DNA of 64,000 nt from Basidiobolus meristosporus CBS 931.73 (GCA_002104905.1 MCFE01000425.1:13575-77574); one strand, 5' to 3'; positions 15,882-28,351 are shown, counted from the stretch's first letter. Program-made: numbers and translations. The notes: generated by a model not told the origin, from the letters alone.

Positions 15882-17845
15882 CCCTATGAAATATAATTTG
15901 GTCCTGCAGGTGGATCCAATCCAGATCAGCTTTCAGGATCCTGCTCAGAGACCATCATAATACCAGCAGCTTGGAATTTGTGACCCTCCTAACAATCTAA
16001 TGACAGGATCACAACAGTGTTTTGCTGATTTTACAACTAACTAATGGGATAAAAATTAGCAAGATTTAATTGATGCCGTGACAATATTTGCATGGTATTG
16101 CTGCTGTATTTTAGCACCCTATAACTATTTTAAGCGGATCCAACCGGCCAGGACATCCAATTGCCTTATATGGCAGAAACTTGATAGTATTTTGATGGCC
16201 TCACAGCAAGACTCTGGTGACATTATATTGGCAGTATAATGGCCTACAGTAGGTTCTGTATAATGCTACCATTATAGTGGGGTCACAGTGAGACCCACTG
16301 GCAGATGTGCTCATTCCCATATTCTCTGCTTCCCTATTTCTCTACTACACTTATTTTAGTTTTATCCCATTTATCTTACTTGATCAGTACTATCCCATAA
16401 ACTGGCTGACTATCTCACCTGCTTACCTTATTGCATAAGTTACCCCTCACTTTATGTAAGATTGCTAGCTGTAGGCGCTTCTATATTAGGCAGGTGCCTA
16501 CACCAGTGCCCATGACAGATGAGCAACCTGTACCACCACCCCTACTACTTCTATATTCATATATGGTATCCCTATGCTACACAGGATCCAGAGTAGTGAT
16601 TCCTGATTGGTTGGATGTGCTGTGCCTCTTAGAACCTTCTGGCACCTACTTAGAACACTCTTAGCTTATTCTGATGTCATTAAGATTTCTATTAATCTCT
16701 GGAACCTTCTGGAACACTATGATTAGCAATCACTTAACCAGTGAGAAAAGTATATAAGGGATGCAATCCCTCAACAATAAATCATCATCTCTTTTATCAA
16801 TATACCAACTGGTTGATTAGTGTGATCACTACTACCTGCTGCTACCTGAGCTTCCAACCCCAGACTACAGGACACTCCCAGAAAACCATGCAAACAGCCA
16901 ACCAACCTTGGAGGCACTACTTGTGAGGAATACTCAGAGTAGGTATCTTTCAATATATTGATTCTTTCCCAAGTTTGTGCTTGTACAGGCAAAGATACTT
17001 TTCTGTCTTTGTAATTATTGACCACAGCTGCATTCTTATCAAGTCCCTGCTGGTGGAGTTTGAAGTTGTTTTGACTTTGGAAGCTTTAGTACATTGTCAT
17101 CTCAAAGGATGCTGAACCCAGCATGTACTTTTATTAAGATGCCAACTGGGTAGGGGATTGTAGCTCAATAGTTTTTCCTTGACAAGCTTGTGGCTTTACT
17201 TCCCATCACATTAGATTAGAGACAGAACCCAAGTATTCCTAGCACACTTCTGCCCAAGGTTATTGCACCCAGTAAGCACCCCACACACAAAACACTAGAG
17301 AAGTGCTGGATGTATCTCTCACTTGGACTGATACACCATTGCACTGCCACAGTTGTAGAACCAGAGTGTTAAAGCAGAAGTACCTATTGAGTGATAGACT
17401 CTAATGGAGTTACTTGTTGAGTGTGGGGTTGGTCTTAATGTTAGTGTAGGGTTTAGGGACTTCTATAGGTCAATACAATTGGCAATTGAGGTACAACTTA
17501 AGTTTCAATGGAAATAAATCAATTTGTACACATGAAAAGTAAGAGAACAGATGAGTCAGCAAGTAAGGAGTGTGAAAAGAGGCAATAGCCAATCAATGCA
17601 CATAAACATAGGAGGCAATACAGTGTCCTGGATTGGAAAGTGATCAAATTGGCAGGGAACTAATCAAAAGCCACTTATACATTGTTGTGGTGAAAAATCT
17701 TGACTGAGTTTTTTGTGAAATCTGGGGTGCAATTATTTTTTAATGGTCTCTGGATTGTGTCCTGAAGGGATCAGTACCTCTTAGTCACAGGAGTTTAACT
17801 TTGTGATGGCCTTTTGACAGGATCATCTCAATAATTCTCATAGGG
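15882..17845. mobile_element. Non-autonomous CMC derivative E1 (1964 bp), TIRs CCCTATGA.., 3-bp TSD ATG
   Basis: Left end CCCTATGAAATATAATT, right end AATAATTCTCATAGGG, ATG on both sides (15879-81, 17846-48). Removing it restores ORF2 as seen in the paralogue at about 30650-30680. Confidence 0.88.
16273..17343. repeat. LTR-X solo LTR (1071 bp) with non-matching flanks (recombinant)
   Basis: Inverted homologue of 28378-29448. Ends TATAGTGG/CCATTGCA (degenerate TGTAGTGG/CCACCACA). Flanks CCAT and CTGC come from opposite ends of the CMC element. Confidence 0.8.
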
Positions 17846-18780
17846 ATGGCTTCCTCAAGAGCCCATTACAAGCAGGGCCAAAAGCTTCAAACAATCATCA
17901 AAGAGACATCAGGTAGCTGAAAGAGTTCCAATAAGGGAAAGTAGGCAGACACAGATGCATCAGCACCAGATTTTGCATAGAAAAGTCATAGTTCTATTCA
18001 GGTAGCACTCAGTAAAAGTAGCAGTGATGGACCTGGCAGTGATAAAAACAAGCAGCTACCTTGGGAGCCTGTCATAGCATAAGCTGAAAGCTTGAAGCAA
18101 GCAGAAAGGAAGCATCAGGTAGCCTGCAGAGTACCAGCAAGGGACAAGCAGACCAAAACCGGTGTATCAGAGCAGCATTTATCAAGGAGAAAATTTAGTT
18201 CAATACCAGAACAACTCAGACAAAATAGCAGTAATAGACCTGGCAGTGATAAAGGAAAAGGTAAAGGGAAAAAAGTCTACCCAAGCCAGAGAAAGGGAAG
18301 CATAAGAAAAAAGCTGCAGTTCTTGCCAATCAATGCCATAAGCCTGGAACAAACTGAATCCCATCATAGCTAAGAAGATTACCAACACAAAAACAGCTGC
18401 TTTAACAAGATTGGGGAGTGCAGCTAGTTGAGCTGCACTCTGGTTAGGCTGATAAGTTTGCAGGCAAAGGCCATTTGTCTACCACAGCGTCCACATCCTC
18501 CATTGTTGACACAATGGAGATTCCACTGACTAACAAAGTAACATTGTCAAGAACTCTAAAGGCTATCACAGTGCCTTCAGTAGAATTTTGGAGCATTAAT
18601 AGGCACACCAAGAGGTTGCAGTAGTTCTTTAAGAGCAGTGCTCAAGGAAACAAACTTAAGTATTGCAAGGATTCACTGCAAAGACTGGCAGATGAAGTGC
18701 TAGCCTAGCAGTGCCAGCTGAAGACCAGGATGTATAGAAACCAGTGAGTGAACAGTGGTATAAAGCCATAGGGCTTCTGT

Positions 18781-18860
18781 TGCACTCAGTGTGCACCCCA
18801 CATACAAGACACTTGAGAAGTGTTGGATGTATCTGTCCCTTGGACTTATACACCATCACA
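18781..18860. repeat. Internally deleted LTR-X remnant (80 bp), flanks CTGT/CCGC
   Basis: Matches the last ~80 bp of 16273-17343. The empty site GGGTTT-CTGC-CAAAGTTG is present at about 31431-31448. Confidence 0.7.
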
Positions 18861-19311
18861 CCGCCAAAGTTGTAGAGCCACAGCATTACAGCAGAAACAC
18901 TGATTGAGTGATAGTTTTTAATGGAGTTACTTGTTGAGTGTGGGTAATTATAATGTTGTGATGAAAAGTCTTAACTAAGTTTTTTGTAAAATCTGGGGTG
19001 CAGTTATTTTTTGACAGTCTCTGAGCAGTATCCTGCTGGGATCAATATCTCTTAGTCACAGGACCTAGAATCTGTGATGGCCTTTTGACAAGATCATTGC
19101 AATAATATATCATAGGGCATTGTCAGGGTGTGTTTTCTTGATTTCTTCAGCAGCTTCTCTCTCCACCATGGCTTTTAGCTCCCTGAGCTAAGACAGAGCT
19201 TCTTCCTTTGTCTATATGATGTAAACTCATGTGTATCTTGCATATTCATCAATAAAAGTGATCAAACACATCATCCTGCTAAGGATAGGTTTTGCATAGA
19301 TCCATACAGAT

Positions 19312-19632
19312 CCCTACAAAAAAATATTAAGAAAAGGCCAGCAAAATATCATCATAATATCAGCTGAATTACAAGTCTCTTAAAATCAACAGCTTTCAAT
19401 ATCTCTATTGTTAGCTAATGTGCATGCAGGCAAATAAATTTTCCAGGAGGAGACTAGGTCAGCTATCACTCATACCAAATTTAGTAATTAGTTACCAATT
19501 ACTTTTATCAAAAATTGCATCTGAAATTTGAACCAAAAACTCCAGTGGAATACTAGCAAAATACTATCAAAATATCAGCAGAATACCAGCTAAGAGTTAG
19601 ATGAATTCCACATCTGAGATTTTTCAGAGGTA
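19312..19632. mobile_element. 321-bp AT-rich MITE-like insertion starting CCCTA, 3-bp TSD GAT
   Basis: Interrupts the copia IHSDL(C)G codons. GAT at 19309-11 and 19633-35. Empty site in the young copy at about 63980-64000. Right TIR is degenerate. Confidence 0.5.
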
Positions 19633-20350
19633 GATGTGTGTGATAAAGATCTAATTCCTTCTTAATTTTGATTAACCCCGAACTCTTGAATGGCTATCTA
19701 GCTTGTTTCCCATATACTCACACTTCACAGTGCTTCAAATTAACTAGGGGATCAATCTATACTCTGGAAATAAGCTGTTCTTTGATCATATTGTGCAAAT
19801 AATCAAAAATCATGTGTCTAAATGGATTGTTACAAAGGATTGGTGTTTCTTCATTTGAGTTACCTATATTGGCTTCTAAATACAATGGAATATAAGTCAA
19901 CTAGTACAGATTCTGATCTCTGATACCCAAAGCAGATGAGCACCATTTTAGTCAGTGATCTTGCATCCAGAATTGTTAAAGCCAAAATTGAGTCCATTTG
20001 CGGAGGCCTTGTCTACAAATAGTAGGTCTTGACTATTTCTAGTACATAAAATACTTCTTTAAAGGTCAGTGTATGGCTTCATTCACTGCTTCTAAGGTAT
20101 ACTTGGATAGTTCCTTCTCCCACTGTATCAAGTGTTCTATTGTCAGCTATGAATACCTATCAAATTGGAGTCTCTTGACACTGAGTAAAAGTTCTTTCTT
20201 ATGTTTAAGATGATGAGATTCTTCAGATTATATACACCACATCTGAGAATTCTAGTTTGTGGTCATATTCAGTACAGATATGAAAAGTCTATCCTCAGTT
20301 GCTGCAGAGTTTCTATACTCAGATCTTTACTGCTAACTATCTCTCCTTTT

Positions 20351-20432
20351 TGTTGCAAAAATTTGTAATTTCACCTAAATGTTCACATTACTTGGTCACT
20401 TAGAAAATTACCTACAAATCCTAAAAATATTG
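20351..20432 (+). repeat. Truncated Copia-1 LTR start
   Basis: TGTTGCAAAAATTTGTAATTTCACCTAAAT matches the LTR 5' end at 8705. Confidence 0.75.
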
Positions 20433-21340
20433 GCTGCTTGGCTTCATTGCCAAAGGCATAGGTGTCACCAAGTGTGCATCTGTGCTCAGCATTTTCCAAC
20501 TGCTCCTGGCTGACAACCATGTGCCAACAAATCAGATCCATTATGGACCTGATGGTAGTATTCTTGATGAGATGGGGACATGGTAGTACATGCAACTTGA
20601 TGTGTCTTCCTATCTCCCCACACATCTACTCCATAGGAAACTCCTAACAGGTGAAGCATGCCCCAATATTCTCCACACATCAAGCAAGATGGAGTAGAAA
20701 ATGGATACAGTGATGGCAGAGATACATACATTCAGCATCATGCTTGTAGTATCACTGCCAAAGTCCAATTACAAACTCCTTGCACAACAGCTATAGATGC
20801 ATCAAGTTGCTATTAGTGATTCACTTCAGGATCAATGTTCTTACAATGTTGACATATGACTCTCAATGCTTCCAATGTACTCTTGATGGAAATAGCGTGG
20901 GAAAGCCACTTAAATAAGTACATATCTGGATCATCCAGTCCTTGCATATTTATTGTTGCATATGAATATGAGTATTGATTGGTGCTTGTGAGAAGTACTT
21001 TGGGTAGTGGATACTCTGTAATATCTTGCCAATTCTTTTAAGTTACTCTGGCATTGCAAAGGGTGCATTCAGCCTGAAATGCTCCATTCACAACTTGGTC
21101 ATTATTATAGGGATATTGCTGAATATCAAATGCATTGCTCTTAGTGGAAAGCTTTTGCTCCTACAGATACTCACTTTCTTAACTATATCTGGTTTCCACT
21201 TGGTTCCATATTCTGGCCAATGGCTTATAGCTTATCATCTTTGCTGCAATTGCATGCTGACTTCTGAACACTGCCTCTGTGGGAAGATGTTGCTCTTAGT
21301 GATGGGGCCTAGAGAGTAACAATGTGTGTGAGTTATGGAG
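20433..21340 (-). pseudogene. CMC Tnp2 transposase fragment
   Basis: Colinear with 12890-13410 and 25570-27300 (GDTYAFG motif). Confidence 0.75.
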
Positions 21341-21748
21341 TAAATTCTACAGATCTCACCAAAAAATAATATATTAATAAGGATATGTTGGATATACTTC
21401 AAGTTATGAAATGTGTAGAAGGATGAAGCTTTGAGAAAATGTGCAATCCCAGCAAGGAGTTCAGATCAGTAAGGGGCATACCACATGATATAGATGTATT
21501 GATGCTTTGATCCTTATTATTACAGTATAAAGAAGCAATGTTAAAGATCCATGTATACCTAGTTTTGGACTAGACTATTGCAGTAATAAAAACACCTGAA
21601 TTCCTGTAGTAAATATGCATAAGTCTATAGCCACTTGAAATGAAGTGATTCCCAAGCACTTTTAAGCCACCTCCCACTCTGGTTTGGAGTTGAGTATGCA
21701 AGCAGACACATGCATCAGGTTGTTAATATTCTGGGAATTATAATGATA

Positions 21749-22117
21749 TGTTACAAGTCTTGATATAAGTGTTGCAGAGGAATACGGGGTTGAGTAAGTA
21801 TTATATTCACCAAGACTTGAACTGATTTTTATTAAAGTACCAGTGACTCCTTAAGTATATTTTGCCAGATCAATTGCTGACTAATTGTATTTCCTAATGT
21901 AGATTGTGATTGAAGACTCATTTTATTGCATCATCATCACCAAGTTAGATCCTACTTAATATATCTATTTCTGTCTGATGAGGATGTGCTGATTCATCTG
22001 CTGACTAAGACTACTGATTTGATGGATAATCCTGATATACTGATGGGCTTAACATGACACAAATTGGTTTGACCAAAAACTGATTTAACTCAAACATTCA
22101 GGTGGTAGACTATGACA
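21749..22117 (-). repeat. Gypsy-1 solo LTR (369 bp), 4-bp TSD GATA
   Basis: TGTTAC..ATGACA with GATA on both sides; homologous to the PBS-linked LTR at 55752-56118. Confidence 0.88.
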
Positions 22118-22587
22118 GATATATAATAGACTTGTTCTGTTGGATAATGCCACATTGAGCCATGGGTGCCAAATAGTGCCATTGCGTGCCACAAAAGCAT
22201 AGCAGTCCTCAACTTTGCCACAGAGTGTGAAACATGACTCTTCATCTTCATGCAAAGCAGCCCCTGTGTTTCACCCATTGTGGTGGAGAAAATCCATTTT
22301 TTGACCTTTTGGTTTGGATCAACATTGTGCAGTATGTGTGAGAGCACAAAAGGACTGAAGACATGCATCTGACACTCAATACCCATGGCACTCTAAATCT
22401 AGCTCCTGTGGCTTATATCATGTCACAAAAATGCATGGCACTATCTTGGTCCACTAGTATTATCTGGCAATATAAGTGCTTTATATAGGTTTTACTTTAG
22501 GACTAATATTTAAATATAGTGCCTGATAGTACCAGTGGACCAAGATAGTGCCATGCATTTTTGTGACATGATACAAGCTACAGGAGC

Positions 22588-23752
22588 TGTGGTAATGGAA
22601 AGTATTCCATTACTGCAATATCTCTAAACCAATATTGCACTCATTTCTTTATTTTGCTTTTTGCTATCGTAACCCACAAGTGAAAGATCAAGAATTTCCA
22701 ACTTTGAAGAACAAATGCTCCAGACTCTGACAAGCAATCCATCCAAGAATATTATGTCATACAGAACACGTAGTAGCCAACACATGTTTCAAATTACAGC
22801 TCATTTGAAGCAGTACTTAAGACGTTATGACCAAAAGAGTCCAATTATTATATATACTATGCCTTTTTGCTAGGATTACTAGGGTGACTTTGATTGCATG
22901 TAACTTTTGAACCAGCCAAGCAGATCACGTGAAATTCTTACCAGTGCTGCGCCTATGTCCGATCTGCGTCACTGCAAAATATTAGCTTTGTATTACGTGT
23001 ATTGCTTGCGCAATTGCCCAAAAACTTTGATCCTTTGAATTTTTCATATATATGACTTCCCTAGCTGAAAAATAAAGGGAAAGCCTCTTTTTCCAGAATC
23101 TCCACACTACGATTACAAGTTTAAAGGTTATAAGACTTCCCCTGCATCACTTGCACTGTTGAGTATTCTGACTTTGATCAGTACTACATCAGTAAAGAGA
23201 CTGCAAAGCTCACAAGAATCCAATCTAAGTTCTACCAGAAACTACCACTTTTCCGTCGGAAAAGTCCCCTCTAAGAAACCCCTTTACTCTAAAGACACCC
23301 CTTTAGACACCCCTTTAGACACCCCTTTAGACACCCCTTTAGAGACCCCTTTAAGAAACCCCTTTACTCTAAAGACACCCCTTTAGGTCTAAAGACCCCT
23401 TTAGAGACTTCTACAACACACCCCTTTAGGTTAAAGGGGAGTTCAGAACTTCCATATTAGGAAATAATTTCTCAGAAAGGAAAGTGACTTCCAAATAAGG
23501 AAAAGCTACTTTAAAAGTAAATAAGCCCATTAGTCAACAGAAGGTCAGAACACTGCTGTAGAAGTGATAAACCCTGCCTACGGTATATTTTGAGCCTAAG
23601 ATTGAGGAAATTAGTGAAAGTTATATCTTCTATTGGTATATCAAACTCCCAATAAACCATTTCAGTATTAGCACACTGGAAGTTGTTGTATATTGTTGAT
23701 TAGCCTCTACATTGTAGAACAAGCCCCAAACTAATCATAATACAACACAACA
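22588..23752 (+). repeat. LTR-Y solo LTR (1165 bp), 4-bp TSD GAGC
   Basis: TGTGGT..ACAACA with GAGC on both sides. Empty site CAG-GAGC-TAGATTCAGAG at about 46584-46601. Strand is a relative label only. Confidence 0.88.
23270..23430. repeat. Tandem 12-bp GACACCCCTTTA array inside LTR-Y
   Basis: Four or more head-to-tail units plus degenerate longer units. A related array lies at 35120-35340. Confidence 0.9.
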
Positions 23753-25167
23753 GAGCCAGATTCAGAGTGCCACGGTTATTGAGTACCCAATGCATGTCTT
23801 CAATATTTTTGTGATCCTACACATCCTTCTCAACATTGATCCAAAAAAAAGGTCATAAAATGGTTTTTCTGCAGCTCACTAGGTGAAACACAGGGGCTGC
23901 TTTGCATGAAGATGCAGAGCTATGTTTCACACTCTGTGGCCAAGTATAGGCTCACTTGGCCCCCTTGGTACATTATGGCATCATTTGGCAATCATGGCTC
24001 AATGTAGCACTATCCAATGGAAGAAGTCTAATACCTACATATGGCCTAAGATCAGCAATCCCAAATATGCCAACTTTGCAGTTGTTCATATGGTATACCA
24101 GTGGTACTATAGCTAACTTCAATGATCATAAGGCTCTATAAGACATTTATTAAACAAGCTGAATGTCTACCTTAAGTGTTAGTAACAGTTGGAGGAGATA
24201 TATCTATATATATAAGCATAAAATCTTGCTAGCCATTAAGAAAAGTGCCACTGGAGATCCTGACCAAATTATACTTGTATAGTCCCTACAAATAGTGTAG
24301 AGTGTACCTAAAGTACTATCAAGGAATGTATCAGTTGCCTTGCACCTGTACATATATTACTATTCATACATTGATTACTGATTAAATACATCAATGTTGA
24401 TCAGATGTTAATCTTGCAATTATGAGCAGATCAAGTTACTTACAGCTCCCAGTTATGGACCACACTGTAGTAATGAAACCTGCCACCAAGATTCCAAGGG
24501 AAGCGACTCTTAAGAATGCTTATTTAATCAAATTTGATCAAGCCTGCAAGAAGTTGTGACACATCTAAGTTGATGACCAGTCTGTTCAAAACATTTCAGA
24601 TCAGTTCCCTATGAAAAATAATTTGGTCCCATGGGTGGATCCAATCCAGATCAGCCATCAGGATCCCACCTAGAGTCCATCATAATACCAGCAGCTTGGA
24701 ATAAGTGACCCTCCTAACAATCTTATGATGGGATCATGACAGTGTTTTGCTAATTTTACGACCAAATAGAGGGATAAAACTTTATGATATTTTATTGGTG
24801 CTGTGAAAATATTTGCATGGTATTGTTGTGGCCTTGTAGCTCTCTATAACTATTTTAAGTGGATCCAATTGGCCAGGACATCCAATTGCCTTATATGGCA
24901 ACAAACTCGACAGTATTTTGACAGCCTCATTGCAAGACTCTGATGGCATTATATTGGCAGTATGACAGCCTAGAGCTAGTACTGTATAATGCTACAGTAC
25001 CTATTTACCAAATAGTATTTCCTTTTTCTATCTCTCCTTGTGCAATTCATATTTTCCGCTGTAGAATCACCCCTCTTTATTTGCTTACCCGCTACTACCT
25101 TGGATATTCCACATAGAGTTTGAATCAAAAAAACTATGGCCTCCTGCTTACTAACCTCCACAAATGT

Positions 25168-28100
25168 TCACACCTGCCACAATTGACATATTTCTATCAC
25201 CCCAACTTTTTGGCTTTTTAGTGTGATACTTGCAAAGTTGCCATATATCTTGTACTGCTGGTAACATATATAAGTTGCAAACATATGCTTGGTTGTTGCC
25301 ATTGCTGCCATGAATAACTCCTGAATATCTGTAAAGAACTTATTGGTATTTTGCCAATATATTCCTTCTCCCTGCTGGATTCTAGTCCCCCTTATATGTG
25401 CACTCTGGCTTTTGTTTGTGTTGATTCCATATTGAATGGTGTAGAAGTTGGCTTGTGACCATGAGAAATCTGGCACACCTTTGTAGAGTTTTCCTGATAG
25501 AAAGTAGTTGCTTGTTGCACCCAACCTAACCTTGCATTACTTACCTGACTACCCACACAATGGGGCTGCTTAGCTTCTTAATGCCATAGGCATAGGTGTC
25601 ACCATGTGCACATTTGTCCTCAGTATTTTCCAACTCTTTCTGGCTGTCCTCCTTGTGCAAACTCATCACTTTCATGACAGACTAAAAGATAATATTCTTA
25701 ATGAGATTGTGATATGGTAGTACCTGCAACTTGACTCATCTTCCTATCTCCCCACACATTTGCTGTGGTGGTGTAGAGGTATTCCTGGGAAAAGCCACAC
25801 AACTCAAGGTGTATGAGGTCTCTGATGGGTGCAATAACCTCTAGGCCTAAACTGCTGGTGTCTTTGTCAATATGCCATTATGGTAAAAGCTCCTGCTTCT
25901 CTAGCTTCCTAGGTGCTCCAGGTATCTCCAAAGGCCTCTGTGTATCCTGTGTACTACCCTGAAAAGCTCCTTGATGGCAGGTCTGAGATGTAAATGTTAA
26001 AGGCAGGTGCAGTGATCAACTTCTTATCAATAAGGGAGTAGTGTTACTGATAGAAGGGATAATTTATTGATGAGGGATTACCTTCCCTTAAATACATTTC
26101 CTGATTGCCAAGTGATTACTAATGACAAGGTTCTAGAAGATTCCAGGCATCAGTGGAATTCTTGATTACATCACTATGAGCTAAAAATATGCCCAGAATG
26201 TTGTGGAAGATTCTAAAAGGCACAGCACATCCAACCTATCAGGGATCAGTAGTCTGAAACCTGCGCAATACAGAGATACCATATATGATATTTAAATGAT
26301 AAGGATGGTAACACAGACTTAGGTTATGTGTCACAGGTACTGACACATGTACCTGCTTAATGTAGATATAAATATAGATCACAAAGCCAAATAACATCTG
26401 GGATAACTAATGCTAATAACTAATAAGGGTAAACATCATATGCAGATAATACTAATTCTATGGGCAAAAGAAGAATAGGATAATACTGATAAGATAAAAT
26501 ACAGATAATTACATTATAATAGCTATATGAATAAACTTGTCCATGGGAGGTATGTCTACCCTACCGCACCATTCCATAGGAAACTCCCAAAAGGTGAAGC
26601 AAGGCCCAATATTCTCCACACACCATGCAAGATGGATTAGAGAATGAATACAGTAGCAGCAGAGATCTACATGTTCAGCTTTAAGTGTTTAGTAAAGCCA
26701 CTCAAATTCCATCTCAAATTCCTCACACAACAGCTGTAGATGTGTCAAGTTGGCATAGGTGATCCGCTTCTGAATAAATATTCCACAATGTCCACATATG
26801 ACTCCCAATGCTTCCAATGTACTCTTGGTAGTAATGGCTCCAGAATGACAATTGAATAAATACATATCCAGTTCATTCAGTCCTTATATATGCATTGTTG
26901 TATATGTGTATGAAAACTAATTGGAGCCTGTGAGAAGTACTTAGGGTAGCAGATACTCTATAGTATCTTGTTAATTCATTTGAATTTCTCCAGTATCTCA
27001 AGGGGCTTATTTGGCTTGAAATGCCCCATGAACAACTTGGTGATCAGTATAATGATATTGTTGAAAAGCAAATGCATTGCTCCCAGTGGAAAGCTCTTGT
27101 GCCAACATGTACCCTCTATCTTAAGTATCTACAGTTTCCAATTGATTCCATATTCTGACCAATGGCTTATAGCTTGCCAACTTTGCTGCAATTGCATGCT
27201 GACTTCTGCACATTGTCTCTGTGGAAAGATGATGTTCTTAGTGCTGGTGTTTGGGTAATAATAATGTGTGAGTTATGGAGTAAATTCCCTGGATCTCACA
27301 CTTTTGACAGCAATACTGTCCATTGTGCCCAGAAAAACAAGCTATCTTGCTGATGGCTGGGGAATCTCTAATGCAGATAATAATATGCACTTTTAAATGA
27401 CAGCCATATACTGTTATGCCACTGGAAAGCATACAAAATTCATCCAGCAATGAATACAGGCAGCTATTCAGGCTGGACAGTGATTTAGGCCCAGATACCT
27501 GCCATACTACCATCAGATTATTGCTCTGATACTGTAAGATGGATGGTAGATTCCAGTTGAAGAGAATCAGTGGCCTGCAGGATTTGCTGGTAGAGTACTT
27601 GTTTAATAAGAATCCATCTTGTGCTAAAGCAAAGGCATGGTCAAACATACCTTCAAAGTAGCCCTTGCTTCTTGGTTGATTGTAATGTTTGCCATGAAAT
27701 ATACTGGATATGTTTGCTCTTGATTGATACTGAGTGAGTTACTGTATAGCTTTGCAATATTTGTTGGACTGTATCAGCTTCCTCTGCCAGGGTATGAGTG
27801 GAAAATATCTGGAGTGTGAACAATGTTTTCCCTTGAAGGTGGTAGATTGCTAACAATTTGGACATGTTGCAATGGTAGCATTTTTGGATGTGAATGCCAT
27901 GCAACTACTCACACTTGCTGGAATCAGGACAGTCTGTGGATCATATGTTGGCAGCTGCATGATGGTTGTTCACTTGTACCATGTATATGGTAAGTTGCAT
28001 CGCATATAGGGACTGGACCAGGCTCATACATGGCACTGTTTTTACGGAAGATAGGCTCAAGATCTATCAGTGAACCTTCTTAATCAGAGCTATCACTCTG

Positions 28101-28351
28101 CATGTCATATTCAGAAGGTTGGGGTGAGCCTAAAGGTGTTGCAAACACACCTGACTCAGTTTGTGCAAGATGACAAAGATGTTCAGGTGCCAATATAGAA
28201 GCATTAACTGGCTGGCAGGATAATGTTGGTACAGTAGTGACTGACAAATGTTCAAATATGACTCAGGTGGCAAAACAAAGGCCATGATCCATGTAATACT
28301 TTCTATGCTCTCTGCATGCTTCATGGCTGAGAGGCTTGCCACAATAACCAC
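25168..28351 (-). pseudogene. Degenerate Tnp2-type transposase of E2, interrupted by LTR-X 25764-26568
   Basis: ALAQDGFLLNK, WNLPSILQYQSNNL, SGPKSLSSLNSCLYSLLDEF, IRDSPAISKIACFSGHNGQYCCQKC. Confidence 0.85.
25764..26568. repeat. LTR-X related solo LTR (805 bp)
   Basis: TGTGGTGG..CTACCGCA; partly aligns with 28378-29448. Interrupts Tnp2 (empty site at about 20615-20640). TSD degenerate (TTGC/CCAT). Confidence 0.7.

Larger units (their letters stand above)
14919..18750 (+). pseudogene. CMC companion ORF2 (coiled coil + conserved helical domain), split by element E1
   Basis: Starts MLPKNKE and contains LLRELGAVADRIDAMAQKNQEIVRKQDE. Homologous to 29701-31396. Sequence is continuous across the 15882-17845 insertion. 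Confidence 0.7.
12470..19117. mobile_element. CMC/EnSpm element E0 (left end lost; right TIR ...ATCATAGGG at 19117)
   Basis: Degenerate Tnp2 on - and ORF2 on +. The subterminal region matches 17430-17845 and 31490-31935. Copia A2 integrase resumes immediately after 19117. Confidence 0.8.
11360..20350 (-). mobile_element. Copia-1 copy A2, nested in A1 in opposite orientation and interrupted: 3' LTR 11360-11707, RNaseH/RT to about 12460, integrase-protease resumes at 19118-20350
   Basis: 11360-11707 is the reverse complement of the Copia-1 LTR. 11720-12460 and 19118-19310 align with 61480-62240 and 63810-63990. 19920-20330 aligns with the reverse complement of about 9810-10260. Confidence 0.85.
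22127..24030. mobile_element. Foldback element copy 1: ~340-bp inverted arms, ~50-bp spacer (22470-22519), right arm split by LTR-Y
   Basis: 22400-22469 is the near-perfect reverse complement of 22520-22587. 22127-22400 is the reverse complement of 23757-24030. Confidence 0.8.

Noticed and set aside
23270-23430. GACACCCCTTTA repeats as a CRISPR array or telomeric repeat
   Set aside because: Units are head-to-tail without unique spacers, there are no cas genes, the context is eukaryotic, and the array is an internal part of a repeated LTR.
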